Part shown: piece by piece, positions 49,781-63,134 of the stretch
How the letters are laid out: each line of letters begins with the position of its first letter
Numbering within the stretch: the first letter of the stretch is position 1
Origin: Fimicolochytrium jonesii
Taxonomy: Eukaryota
Direction: 5' to 3'
Length of the DNA: 64,000 nt
Assembly: GCF_025526975.1 (NCBI RefSeq)
Contig: NW_026515671.1
Span: forward strand, 1,054,001 to 1,118,000
Notes under the pieces: generated by a model
Seen by the model: only the letters and a program-made list of their open reading frames with translations
Databases searched by the model: none
Told to the model about the DNA's origin: nothing
Program-made: the position numbers and the translations under genes

Positions 49781-51975
49781 TCACGATGGTGAATCTTGTT
49801 GGTGCTCTTGCTGATGCGAGTGCACATGTTGTAACTCTGCGGAAGCGTTCTCGATTGTCATTTGAGGCATGCCCATGTTGCCTGGGCCGCCCTGATTAGC
49901 CACGCTGTGAGCTGCTTGTTGTTGAAGGTGGGCTTGTGCTTGCGCGTGAGCGGCCGTAAGGAAGGCCTGTACGCCGGCTTGCACCTGGGCGGGGGTGGGG
50001 GTATTGGTCAACGTCGGTGGGGCCGGAACGCCAGGTAGTTGAGCGGGTACAGCTGAGCTCGCGCCGTCAGGGTGCATTCCCATGTTTTGCACATTGGTGC
50101 CGGAAGTGGCTGCGGCGGCAGCCTGCGCAGCGCCGACGAGTGCAGCGTAAAGGGCTTCCTGTATAGGCCCTGGTAACATTTGTGCCACCGCCGCCGCTGC
50201 TGCAGCGGCAGCAGCCGTGGATGGTGCACCGCCGCTGGCTGGATCTTGGTTAGGTACATGTCCTTGCAGATGCTGTTGATAGGAATGCGGTGATAGTGGT
50301 TCCTGCCGACTGCCCGAAGCATGCGGCGACATTGGATGAGCTAATGATGGACCTGGAGTCGATCCTGATTCTGCCGGATGATTGTTGTGATTGCCTGGCA
50401 CACAGTGGGCTCGCTTGCCCTCGGAATCCATACGTTCGTGTCTACGAAGTGCATCTCTCCTGCAAAAAATGACCACATCAGAACGGGCACAAACTGCTGC
50501 GACCGGCCATTTCGTTCAATTGTGTAATTACCTGGCAAACTTCCGTCCACATCCGCTACATACATGTGGCCTCTCGCGAGAATGCGTTTTCATGTGCCGG
50601 TTCAAATCGTGGTTCCTACGGAGCGCAGGAGATGTGTGTCAATGATCGTAGCTTGGGCAGCGCGGTGTCTTTTGCGACAGTGACATGCTAACCTACCTCG
50701 TGAATCTCAGATCACAGACTGTGCATTCGAATGGCCTGTGGTTTTCATGCGTTCGTAAGTGGCTTTTAAGATTGTAGTGGCTATAATGGGGAAGTCAGTC
50801 AGTGAACATTCGACCCCACAAACACGCTCTGCGGATACTCACCGGCTGAAGCTTCGCTCACAATGCGTGCAGGGATACCGCCCGTCCTTGCCTGGGACGA
50901 CCTGATCTGCGCGCAGGGAAAAGTCCGAGTGCTTGCCGCTTGTGGGCGACACGGAGCCCTGTGACGACCGAACTGATCCATCGGCAACCCTCGAGGAATC
51001 GCCCGTCGCTACAGCTGCAGCAGCTGCTGCCGCCAACACGGCCTCTTGTAAGGCTTGTGGGGACAGGGAATAAGGGAATTGGGGAACTCCCGGCGCCATC
51101 GGCTGTAAAGCTCTTGTCAGCAAAGACGCGAAAGGATCCATCGTTGTCGTAGCGGCAGCCAGTTGAGGATATAGAGCGGCAAGTTGTGCGGTGAGTACAC
51201 TGGAATTCTGCTGCATCGCCACGCTATTCTCCAAGGCCTTTTGCTGACTACTCTGGTTGCCTGCAGCAGCCGCCGCGCTGCTAAGTAACATCAAACTATT
51301 CGCTGCTGCAGCTGGGTTGTTGGCAAAGTGAGCAAGCAATTGCGCCGTTTCGTCTCGATGATTCGGGAAAGCAGGGGCCATCATCTGTTGCAAATCGGGC
51401 ATCGCGGGTTGTTGGGGAGCGGGAGGTAGCGACTGTGCTATATTCTGCGAGTTGGCCGCCGCTGCACTTGCCACGTTTGCTGCGTTTGCTGCATTCGCCG
51501 CGTTTTCTGCGTTTGCCGCGTTGACAGCTGCGTTGACAGCAACAGCAGCGCTTGCTACAGCTTCTGCTTCCGCACTACTTTGTTCCGCTGTTCTGCTTTC
51601 TGCGATCGACTGAGTAAGTTGCGCCGTGTTTGGTAGAGATAGTTGCCCCTGGAACTGGTGACTCGCTAGCAAAGACTGAAGCGCTGCTTGCGCGGCCCGT
51701 AGAAAAGCCGCGCTCTGAGCAGCGTCCACTTTTGGCTGAAGGCTTTGATATGCAGCGCGCTGCTCGTCCGCGTTTTGTTGCCCGGCGAAAGCAGAATGCT
51801 CCCCAACCGACATGGGTATTTCAGGATTAGCATCACCGGAATCCAGCTGATTGTGCTGGACCGCGCGTTCGTTCCCCTCTGGTTCCTGCAAGTGAACGTG
51901 TGAATGATTTGCTTCGACACAGACACGAGAGCCCTGAGCTCCCGTCAACGAGACATCAGCGCGACCTACCGCCAT
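49781..51975 (-). CDS. C2H2 zinc-finger transcription factor, Crz1-like, with Ala/Gln-rich regions
   Basis: Exons 51975-51970, 51885-50843, 50780-50697, 50615-50532, 50459-49781. Fingers: YPCTHCERSFSRHYNLKSHLRTH, FECTVCDLRFTRNHDLNRHMKTH, HVCSGCGRKFARRDALRRH. Start codon less certain. Confidence 0.85.
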
Positions 51976-52453
51976 GCTCAACACCTAATTCCGTTTTAAA
52001 AAGTGCAGTGTATAGTGCCCTCGGAAAAGATGGGCCCTCTACTGGAATTCCGACCAAAATAGCGCGTAAAGACGAGGGACGTCCAGCGATACGCGAGAGT
52101 TTGGGGTTTGGAAGCTGCCTGCGCTAGGACCTGCGTGTTGAGGGTATCTTGCTGTTCCAGTACTGGTGTTTTTTCGGTGGGAAAAGTGTGTTGGGAAACG
52201 GGGAAGGTCGCAGAGGTGCTAGTGGCGGGTGGGGCTGGGACCTGGCGCAGTGCGTTCCCTTTCTCATATCTTCCGGCACCGGCATTTAAATCGATCTCAA
52301 CGCACGTGACACAGACCCTCCCAGATTTGTATGCTACGCTCACGTGTACGAGAACCGGCAAGACGCCCACATGGAGCTTTGAACAAGCCCAAGGAGCATC
52401 CTCGCAACGGTCGTTTACCTTCATCCCCGAGAAGCAACCTGCAAACGATCAAG

Positions 52454-54076
52454 ATGGTTCTGTCAGGAGTAAGGCCCGCCGGCATGGCCACAGTCTGCAA
52501 GCTCATGAAGGCGCAAGGCGCCCCTGGTAAGTGTCAAGTCATTCACGAACTTCCACGTCTCGGGCAGGGGCCTCCAAAACTGCATCGCGATCCCAACCGC
52601 TCCTTGGGGTACCGAGTTGAATGGCATCTGGCGGCTTTCGGAGGAGGGAAACGGCAATATTGATGATGGAATCACACAGCGTTGGGGAGGTTGGGGAGGT
52701 TGGGGATGGTATTGGGTGCTCGGAAAGGCCGCCATCGTGAAGGCGCGAACTGGGGAAACCGAGCTGGAATCAGACCGGGAGAAGGGGAGCCATACTGATG
52801 GCGTGTGGTACATATCAGTTCTTTCTAGGGGTTACGCTGTGTCCGCTGGGTCTGGTCTTTACGACAAGACCGCCATGAACATGTTGATCAACAAGCACAC
52901 CAAGGTTCTCACGCAGGGTTTCACGGGAAGGCAGGTCGGTTTTGCGTGTTCACCTGGGTTTTACCGTAAAGCTGTAGCATTATACTCAACACACAGTGTG
53001 ATGCATCCGTCGAGTAGGGTACTTTCCACTCCCAGCAAGCCATCGACTACGGAACGAACGTCATTGGTGGTGTCAATCCCAAGAAGGCCGGAACCACCCA
53101 CCTTGGTCTGCCCGTTTTTGCCTCGGCAAAGGAGGTCCGTGGAGGGAATGCAAAGAGTTGATGGAACATGGGAAAGAAGGATACGATGCTAATACGAAAT
53201 ATCACATAGGCTATGCAAGAAGCGAAGCCCGATGCCTCCGTCATTTATGTCCCACCACCAGGCGCGGCTGCGGCCATCATTGAGGCTATTGAGGCTGAGA
53301 TTCCTTTGGTTGTCGCCATCACCGAGGGTATCCCTCAACAGGACATGGTCCGCGTGATGAAGGTGTTGAAGAACCAGGACAAGACCCGTCTCATCGGTCC
53401 CAACTGCCCTGGTATCATCAAGCCTGAGGAGTGCAAAATCGGTATCATGCCCGGACACATCCACAAGAAGGGAAAGATCGGAATCGTCTCCCGATCCGGA
53501 ACCTTGACATACGAGGCCGTCGCTCAAACAACTGCCGTCGGACTGGGTCAATCTCTTTGCATCGGTATTGGTGGTGACCCTTTCAACGGAACCAACTTCG
53601 TTGACTGCCTGACCTTGTTCCTCAACGACCCCGAGACGGAAGGTATCATTCTCATTGGAGAAATTGGTGGTTCCGCTGAGGAGGAGGCTGCGGAATTCTT
53701 GGTGAAGCACAACCAGTCCCGGGCGAACCCCAAGCCCGTCGTCTCGTTCATTGCCGGACGTACTGCTCCACCTGGAAGGCGGATGGGTTAGTATTCGCAA
53801 TTTTCGTGACAGTTGATACTTCGGATCACCAACGCTAAATGTCGGAACCAAATAGGTCACGCTGGTGCCATCATCGCCGGTGGAAAAGGTAAAGCGGAAG
53901 ACAAGGTTGCTGCTCTCGAGGCCGCTGGCGTTCATGTTACCCCATCCCCCGCCCAGCTCGGTGTCTACATGGAGCGGGTATGTTCATGCCGCACAATTCC
54001 TTAATGGTGCTTCGAAGATCATGCGTTCTGACATCTTTTTCGAAAACAGGCCATGAAGGAAGCCGGACTCGCATAA
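52454..54076 (+). CDS. LSC1: Succinyl-CoA ligase alpha subunit, mitochondrial
   Basis: [71 protein letters not shown] (phospho-His). First intron 52527-52818; TAA ends at 54076. Confidence 0.95.
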
Positions 54077-56046
54077 GTTCTATGTTGAAACCCTACTCCC
54101 GATACCAACGGAGGAGAACGCAACATCCGTTACTCCCGTCTCCCATCAAATCCAGGATAATAGCCGTAAAAAGGAAACCCGCATTTACCAGATCCTGTTC
54201 GGTTCAATTGATCTCTTCCCTTCTATCTACGTTCCGCCTATCATGTTATATTAGAGATTGAAAAAAAAACTCATATTGCATCGTCCTTGCGTGATTCCGG
54301 CGCTGATTGTGATTCGCCTCATTACGCAGTTGCTGTGCCCAGATCCAACCACGTGGGTCATCTCCGTGCGGGATCTCATATGCTGGGAGGGAAGCTCAGC
54401 ACCGTGACTCCATGGGATAGAGAGGGCCGGATTCCTGGAAATGGACAATCCAGCGTTCCCCTTGGCGTTCCGACTCTTCTTCCTTCATCACTCGGGCTGG
54501 ACGTGTGATACTCTACAGCTGTGCGGATCGCTCTAATCAGTACTGTGCGTCCGAGATCCAGGAATGTCCATCGAGAGCTGATCCTCGAAAAATCGCAGAT
54601 CCTTTATTACGCTTATGGGGGAGACGTGGGCAAAGCAGGAGGAATGGAGGAGACGGTGAAGAACGGTTCTGACACGAAAAGTTGTCGTCGAATTTTGTGC
54701 AATGGCGAGTTTAACATCCCAAGACGTCCCTTACCGAGAATTTCCTGACGGGGCGCTTGAGCGGCACGGGTGAAGGGTGACCGAGCCGAAGCGATCGGTC
54801 GAGTTGATAGAATGTCTGGCCGCGGGAAGCAACGGCGCAATGGGGTAACTGGTGAACTGCGGGCGAGTAGCCATTTTTTAAGTGCATGGTAGTGGAGGAC
54901 GTCTGTCAAAGAGTTGCGTTTGGGATCACGACTGAGCTTGGAGGGCAAACGTAAATTCGACAGCGTGCAGTGGCGATGACCTCACTGGTCTGCGCCGCGT
55001 CCACGGGAAATTCCGATGTGAATCTGTGTTCGTTCTCCTTCACAGATTCACACATGCACGTACGTTACGACGATGATGCGCTCTGCCCCGAGAAAACGTC
55101 GAGATGATGCTGACAGATCGATGTGAGATGTGATCCTGGGTAAGGCCAAGATGAAAGACGGACCCTTGCTGAGCCAAGAGACGCCTGTTTGCATTACACA
55201 GCAACCCTGAATGCCCAGTGCGGTGGATCTGGATCCAGTGTAGGTTCCTTGTTCTCGTTGAACTCGCCTCGCAGCACTCGCCTCGCTGGAGCCTTCGGAG
55301 CAGCCCCCATCTCCCGTGCTCATCTTTTACATATGTGCCCCGGTGCACGAAGCACTCTGCCTCCCCAAGCTTTGCCAATTTCCATCACCACGGCCCTCTT
55401 AATGAATGCCTCCCGGGACCGGGAGCCCGTAAAGTCGATAATGTGGGGGAACAGTCAGAGATCTGGCACATTAGAAAAGAACGACGCTGTGAAAATAATC
55501 TTGCCGCGGCTCTGAGTTCGCACTGTGCCCGGGGTTCCCAGCAATTATTAAAGCTAATAGGGCTTCTGGCCTTTCCCCCACCTCCGCGCACTTACCAGGG
55601 CGAGGTGTCAGGGTTGTTTATGCCGTGCAGACGTATGTGAAGGACATAGAGATCCACGGACATCGCCTTTTTCCTCCGCGTCATCGGGGTTTTCCCCCCC
55701 CATCTCAATCCATCGCATCGGCTCGCCAGCAATTGACAAGCGTGATTAGTTTCGGGCCGGGGGACTGTGCATGCATCATGTAGCTTTCTAAGCTTATTGA
55801 GGAAGAAACAGGCTCAATTCATTAAGCACAAATGAACGAAAAAAAATTCCTATATGGGCCTTCACAAATATATATAGCCGCTTAAGAATGCTCGCATCCC
55901 TCTCTTCCCTCATTGCATCCTCAGAACTACTTCATCGCTGTCAACGTCTTCACTCTGCTTCACTCATAGCATAGCTTTCTGAGTCGCAACCATCTTCGCA
56001 AAACCACAACACACATATTATCTTCATCGGACAAACGTATTTCGAA

Positions 56047-57339
56047 ATGCCCGCACAGTGCATTCGCGGTCCCAATGCGCCACCTACCCAGGGTCCATAC
56101 GGACGACCAGGTTCAAGTCGCTCCGGACCGTGTTCACTTGAAAAAGGCGCTTTCTACAATGCGCACGGGCTCGCTATGGCCTGCCCGCCGTCGCCGACGT
56201 CTTCAACTTCCTCGTCCGATGACTCGAGCTCATCTTTTGATTATATCCCGCGCTCTTCGCCTGCAACATACCAAACCGAGTCGTATGCAAAGCCAAAACC
56301 TCCTTGCCCGCGGCTCATGCTCGCACAGTCTCAATTCCGCGCGAACATCGCGCACACAACGGCAGCAGCTGCTGAACAAGCGCCTGCGCCACCACCTCCA
56401 CAGCACCGCGCGCATCAAAAGATGCGATGGCACCTCCCATTAGCCTTCCTCGAGCAATACGGCACGGTGAAGGACAACCTTGGATCCGGCGGCAGCGGCC
56501 ACATTTTCTCCGCAATCCGCCGAAAAGACCGCAAGGAAGTCGCCGTCAAGATCCTCCCTCGGGCGTGCGTTCCACCGAACGCTTGGGTCCGTGACGCGCA
56601 ATACGGACGTATACCCCGCGAAGTCGCCGTACTGAAGAACGTCAAGCATCCCAACGCTATCGACTTCTTCGACCTCTTCGAAGAGGATGATTTCTTCCTC
56701 ATCGTCATGGAGGTGTTCGGCGGGTCCTGGCGTGCCTCTACCGTGCGCTCGTCGGATCCCAACCCACTGCCGTTGGCATGCCGGCCGGCGCGCACACGAG
56801 CCATGGACCTCTTCGAACTCCTCGAAGTGCGTCATCTCAACGAAGACGAAGCCCGCATCATCTTCCTGCAAGTCGTACATTGCATCGACCACATGATCTC
56901 CACACATCACATCGTCCACGGCGACATCAAAGATGAGAACATCCTCATCGATTGGACAGGCGACGAGCCGCTTGCCAAGCTCATCGATTTCGGAGGTACC
57001 ATCGACGTTGCCATGAGGAGGATGTGCGGGCAAGCAGACTTCCACGGTACCTTAGAGTTTGCGCCACCCGAAGTCATCCTCGGCCAGGCTTACGATCCAG
57101 AGAAGGCCGAGACGTGGTCGCTGGGTGTTTTGCTCTACGGGATGATCAACAAAGGCCACGGACCATTCGCATCCCCTGAAGCCACGGCGTTCGCTGGCTA
57201 CCGTGCGATACCATGCTCCGCTAGCTGCTCAGATCTCATCGCTAGCTTACTGCAAAAGAAGCAACGATATCGAGCTACCATTAAAGACATTCTCAGGCAC
57301 CCTTGGCTCTCGGCAACCAAGCCGCGTTGCCCTGTTTAG
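56047..57339 (+). CDS. Ser/Thr protein kinase, PIM/PAS-kinase-like (CAMK group)
   Basis: Intronless 430 aa; LGSGGSG, VAVK, IPREV, DLFE, HGDIKDEN, DFG, GTLEFAPPE, WSLGVLLY; TATATA at about 55869. Confidence 0.9.
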   Translation: MPAQCIRGPNAPPTQGPYGRPGSSRSGPCSLEKGAFYNAHGLAMACPPSPTSSTSSSDDSSSSFDYIPRSSPATYQTESYAKPKPPCPRLMLAQSQFRANIAHTTAAAAEQAPAPPPPQHRAHQKMRWHLPLAFLEQYGTVKDNLGSGGSGHIFSAIRRKDRKEVAVKILPRACVPPNAWVRDAQYGRIPREVAVLKNVKHPNAIDFFDLFEEDDFFLIVMEVFGGSWRASTVRSSDPNPLPLACRPARTRAMDLFELLEVRHLNEDEARIIFLQVVHCIDHMISTHHIVHGDIKDENILIDWTGDEPLAKLIDFGGTIDVAMRRMCGQADFHGTLEFAPPEVILGQAYDPEKAETWSLGVLLYGMINKGHGPFASPEATAFAGYRAIPCSASCSDLIASLLQKKQRYRATIKDILRHPWLSATKPRCPV

Positions 57340-57817
57340 TGTTAGGTTATCCCCTTTCCACCACCACACCCCGCTCAGCATAGCTTCCGATCCAGTCCTT
57401 CGTCGGGTTTCTTGTATAGAGAAAGATCACGGCTTGCACCCAGCCACAATCCACCACCTTCCGTTGCATCTAACATCACTTGTACGCATGAACCCCAATT
57501 TTGCTCCATGATTGCATTTAAATTAAGAAGATCTTGCATACGCCCGTCCATCACACTTCATCTAGCCTACTGGCAGCTGTGGTATGAAGACTCACAAACT
57601 GAGCACTTTTACAAGAAGTGAGACTAAAACAGCTGATCGCATGAACTAGACGAGTTCAGACACTGATCTATGAACTGCTCTCATCAGACAACTGTGTGTT
57701 CAGGTAGGGACCAGCGTGCTCCAGGATTGCAAGGTTCCGGAATTTGTAGTGCGATGAGTGTGCGAGATGGTAAGGCAAATGAGGTGAATGCCGTTCGAAA
57801 AGGTTCGCCCAAAAAAT

Positions 57818-58715
57818 CTATGCCATAGCGTCGGCGTCTGGCTGTTCAATCTCTTCGAACTTTCCGTTTGTCCAATGGGCTATCAGCTGGACATGGAAGT
57901 CGGCTTGTTGAACGAAGAAGTGTTTCTGTGGGGCATAAGCTGTAAGCCGGAAATCACAAATCGCACACAAGCATTAAAGTGGAGTCCACCGGCGCCCATG
58001 AAGCTTACCAGGAGCTGTGCTTGTTCCGGTGTCAGAACGTCTCCCTCCTTGCAAATCGTGTGCTCGCTTCGTAATGTGACAACACCATTTACAAGCGCCG
58101 TTGGCATACCCAACGACCTCAGTTGGGGCTCCATGTTATGAGGAAACCCGTCCTCGCCGCGCATGACGGGACCCTCCGCGATGGTAACGGTCTCGGTCGC
58201 AGTGCAACCGCTCCTCGCGTAGTCCTTCTTCCAGAAACCATCAAAATACTCCTTCACTTTCGCCAAATCGTCGTTCGAAAAGAGTAAGCCGACGTTTCCG
58301 ACGAGTTTGTCGGCAAGAAGGTGCAAGTTGTCTTTCTGCTCGTCCTCTGCTGTTGTTCCCAGAGCTTTGGCCATCACCCGCACACGGCCAAAGAAGAAGC
58401 GGTCGTTGGAACGCTCATTGCGAACGTCCTTGAGGAAAGTATTCCTCATGTTCTCCACGGAAAAGACATAGACGTGGTCATGAGAGTCCAAAGCTTCGCG
58501 GATCTTCGTAACAAGCTCTACTTTGTGATCTTTCGTCTTCTTGTCGGTCTTGGTCAGGTTGACTATCGTCGCAATTGCCAAAGAATTGGAAGTGAGTAAA
58601 AAGAACTGGGAAATGCTTGGCACCTGTTTTCCCCGCCGACAGAGCGTGCAGCGGGACAGACACAAGATACAGACGTCCAGTACTCACCCACTTTCACTCT
58701 CTTAGACTTGGGCAT
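57818..58715 (-). CDS. MRT4: Ribosome assembly factor Mrt4 (uL10-like)
   Basis: Exons 58715-58688, 58562-58009, 57925-57818; MPKSKRVKVVNLTKTDKK, NMRN, FFFG, GNVGLLF, DYARSG, MEPQLRSLGMPT, LTPEQAQLLK. Confidence 0.95.
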
Positions 58716-59014
58716 TCTGCGTTACTGACTTATGTGTAATTGACGTTGGTTCGCAGGTTGTTGCAGCTGAGGAGCGAGAAAAGAGGGAAGCGACAAACGA
58801 GATCTGCGGTGAGCATCACGTGAGCGCCGACTTGAATTCAAATTCTTCAAGGACCTGTCTTTAAATTTACATTCTGTCGACGGTATTCGACAGCGTGCAG
58901 GGTGGCTTAGGTTATGAGTGCCGATCCGCAATTCAGGCCATTCATTTCAATCTGGCAGAACTTAGCTCTAAGAAATCTCCGTCGTAATATTTTCCCTTGC
59001 CGCAAAGTCCAACG

Positions 59015-62000
59015 ATGTCCGGCGCTGGTCGAGGCGACGAGGCGAAAGGTTCGTTTTCTCCCGGTTCCGGTGGGTCCATCCGAGTCTATGCAAGCACACT
59101 GCTAACCAAGCATAACAATCTCTACCCAAAGCTGAGCGCTCCGTCGTCGGCTCTCCCCGAGAGTCAAACGCACAATTGAGTGGTGCAACCCCAGCAGCAC
59201 CAAGCATCGGCACAAAAGCCTCATCAGCAGCAGATGTATCTGAGCGCTCAACACCAGCCCCAGCAGCAGCGGCTCTAACCCCGGCCGCCCAAGGAGGTCG
59301 ACAACAACACACCCGCGCTCCAACGAGGGCTGCCACAGCGCAGGAGGGAGCGGAGGAACCTGAAGGGGATGACGACTACTACCTTGGAGGACTGTTCAAT
59401 CTCGAGGTGTCTCCAGGCTTTAAGTTCCTGGAGAGCTTAAAGGGTGGAAAAGATGTAGACGAGAACACGTAGGTGCGATCCCCTTTTTGCCGGATGTGCT
59501 TCCCAAAAGCTAACGCCCACCGCAGCATCAACTTTCTCGAGGAACGAACGCACTCCTTGCATAGATTCCTTTTATCGTGCGCGGAATATGAAAAGCAGTT
59601 GAAAAAGCGTACTAAGGATGTGGGGCAAGACCTGAACAAACTCCGACTGGAGATCGACCGGACAGCTACGAAGCAGTTCACAGAGAATACGGAGATTGGT
59701 GAACTGAAGCGGGAGCTCATGAAGGTTTGATCCACTCTATTTGTTTAACACCCCAGCAGTCGGTGTTCATCACCACCCGCATTTCAGGCCGAGAACGAGG
59801 TGAAATTGGCGAAAGACCGGGAGAGTAAACTACAGAAGGATATCGAGGAGTCGCAGGAGAAAAGGCGCACTCTCACTGAGGATATAGAAGAAATTCGCAG
59901 ACACAAAGCAGACATGCTGGAACCCCAGCTTATCGCCTCCAGTAAAGAACTCAAAGTGAGCCATCGCATCAGGAACTATATTACATAGATGCGACATACT
60001 GATGTGCATTGTATGCGATTAGTTGGAGGTCATTCAGCGGCGGCATCAGGTGGAAAACCTGGAAAAGGATCAAGAAGAAAAAGATGCGACATATGAGATG
60101 GTCATGCACGACGTTGAAAGGTTGGAATTAGAGCGAGAGCGACACGCAACGGCATATAGCCAGGCAAATGAAATGCCACCGAAGATTATGTGCGTAAGCA
60201 ATGATGCAACAAGATAGTAGGGACATGTGAAGGCCGTCACTGAAGGTTGCCCCTTCCCTACCAGCAAACAATCGGAAGTGCTGCGCGACGCCACAAACTC
60301 CCTCGTTACCGAGAACAGTAAACAAAGCGGCCTTTCCCAGCAGTTTGAAAAGGAACTCGAAAAGCTTGCCAGGAGACGAAAGGTAGGGTCCCTTACTTTG
60401 CGGCACACTCTTAGACAATCGCAAATCATGAACCATGGCAGCCTCGCTTCTCTTCTCAATGGTAGGATCTCGAGCAACAAAAGCTGGATCAAGCGGCAGA
60501 GTATGAGCAGCGAAGGAGGGAAATACACGATATCGAGCGGCAGTGCGATGAGATCTTCAAACAGCATGAGATATCGAAGGAGCAGCTGGGGATTCATAAG
60601 GCGGAGAAAGTGAGACTGGACTTGGCGTTGAAGAAGTGTATTTTTGAGGTACGCGAAGATTCGACCTTCGAAAAACTCTTGAAATCAGTTTCGGTTGACC
60701 AGTGATGGTTCATGCAGATCAGAAGAGAGCACGACTTCCTTCTCCGCTCCCTCCGCGAGAAGGACGTCCTCGTCAAATCCCTACGCCGCCTTGAGACAAC
60801 CGTAACCAACATCCGCATGTCGACTCCCTTGTTCCACCAGCAACTCATCGAGCACAACCGCACCCTCGAAACCGCGAAGCGGGACGAAAAGCACTATCGA
60901 AAACAAGTTCAGTTGCTCAGGAAAAAGATCGATCTGACGATTTACGATTTCCTGAAGACGGAGAATGCCGAGCACGCGCAGGGGGAGACGCTTGCGAGAG
61001 AGTTGGGTGTGAACCGACGATTGGAGGAGGAGTTGGATGAGAAGGTCAAGAAGGTTGAGGCGCTGAGGAAGACTGCGGACGAACTCAATGTCGAGAAAGA
61101 GTTGAAGGTGCGTCACATCCCAGTCAAATCCTCGTATGCGGCAGTCCTTCCTCTAAATCTTGGCAGTGTAGTCCAAAGAACTTATCCGCATCCGAAACAA
61201 ATTGAAAGTCATCAAAGATGACGTGGGCGTCAAGGAAATTGCTGTGCTGGATGGTTCCAAACGCTGCCAAGAGGCGGTCATCAGGTTGAAAGACTTCGCT
61301 ACACTCTACGACGTCGTGAAGAATGAGCGAAACAAATATGTACGTGGAGTTGAAAAATCTTTCTGGGGGTAATGCTGAAAGGCACGAGCTAAAAAAGGTT
61401 AACGCCCCTATAGCTGAATCAAATCCAAGCAACCACACAACGAGCTGCTGAGATGAAGGAGAAGATCAAGATTCTGTCGAACGAGATCGAGATTCTGCGC
61501 CACGAAATCTCACATAAAGACCGCGAGCTCACGGTAAGCTCTGAAAAAGGCATGCCTGTCACCAAATATAACCCTCATCATTCATTGCTCTTCATCCTTT
61601 GATTCTGCGAACACCAGCGAAGACGGCAAACAAACACCGCGGCTTACGCGCAAAGAGACTCTGCCAAAAACGAGGCGAACAAGTTATTGTTACAGTATAG
61701 GGAGCGCAGAGGTATTGCCTAGCCGAGTGGAAAGCATTACAAATCTTGAGCTAACCTGCCATCTCTCTCCTCGCCAGCCGAAATCGATCAAAATCTTTCG
61801 CGGATCGAAACGCTACAGATGCTAATTACAGCCGTCGAAACCGACCTAGTTGCCCTACGCCGACGGCACGAAACGCTCCTCCGGACCCGCAACACGACAG
61901 GCATGCAGCTCCTCGACCGCAACGACGAACTCTGTATCCTCTACGAAAAGCTCAACCTCGCGCAAGACGTTGCAACACGAGGCGAGTCTGCGCTGGCCGA

Positions 62001-63134
62001 TGCGCAGAGCGACATCCGACGTCTCGAGATTGTGATTGCGGATTTGAGCAGGGGCGTGGAGATTGGGAAAAAGAAGGTTGCGAAGAAGGAGGTGAAGGAG
62101 TGGGAGGACCGGGTGGCGGAGTTGGGCACGCTTTTGAAGAGTGCGAAGGAGAGGGTGAGCGAGTTGAGTGACAAGATGGAGACACCGGTGGAAGGCACAC
62201 GGACGAGGGATCTGGGAGGACTGGACCCGTCGCAGAAGGATTTGGCGGAGAAGATGCATCGTATTGAGGAGCAGTTGGCTGAGCGTGAGGTACGGTATAT
62301 TTGAGACAACGAAGATTCACGAAGCCGCACTCATCAGCGGAAATCGCATATGACAGGAACGCATCCTCGAAAAGGATCTCATCCTTTCCGAAGTTACAAC
62401 CCTCACAGACCGCCTAAAACGACAAACGCTTGAGGGCCGCACGGACTCGAATGAGGTCGCCAGTAAGCTCAACGATCTCTCTAAGCGCATCAAGCACACG
62501 ACAAAGGCGATGATGGCGCGAGTTTCAGAATTGGCCATGCATCAGGCTATGGCGATGGGTCTATATCAGGAGAAGATCGACAAGGTGATTTGCGAGGATT
62601 CCATTTCGTGCATCTGACCGCAATATCTTCCACTCACACTCACTCTGATGTGCATATACCCGCAGGAAATGATGCTGGAGGAAGCCAAGTCACGCATAGC
62701 AGCCGGTGACCCGCCAACTGCAGATATAGTGCGCGATTTCCAGCGGTCAGAACAACGGACACAGCAACGTCTGAAAGAACAACAGGCTATCGCACAAAGA
62801 CGCATGCAGGCACAAGCGAGTGGATGTCTGGATGTGTAAGTTCTGTCGCACGTCGTCCACGTTCCGCAGGAGCATCGCAATTGAACCAAATATTTCTTAT
62901 CATCTCAGGGACGACGGATTTTACCTGTACTCAGGCCTTCGAACCACAGCTGAGCCGCGTCCGAACGCTTACATCCCCGACATCGCCGGCGGCGCGGCAG
63001 GTGGTCCAAAATCGCTGCTGGCCGAGTTGCCCATACCCAAGCCCTATGGTGGGTATGCCCCATTCCGGCCGAGGGAGAAGGGCGCCCAGATGCGTTATTT
63101 CCGGCGCACGGTTGCAAAACCTGTTGAGATTTAG
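59015..63134 (+). CDS. CCDC146: Coiled-coil domain-containing protein 146 (MBO2-like flagellar protein)
   Basis: Multi-exon long coiled coil; YDVVKNERNKY, LLDRNDELCILYEK, and diagnostic C-terminus TTAEPRPNAYIP...LPIPKPYGGYAPFRP...MRYFRR...KPVEI*. Confidence 0.9.

Noticed and set aside
52661..52798. Possible C/D-box snoRNA in the LSC1 intron (TGATGA at 52661, CTGA at 52795)
   Set aside because: No terminal stem, the CTGA coincides with the likely branch point, and no rRNA-complementary guide was recognised.
53189..53935. 248-aa minus ORF opposite LSC1
   Set aside because: Antisense shadow of a highly conserved gene.
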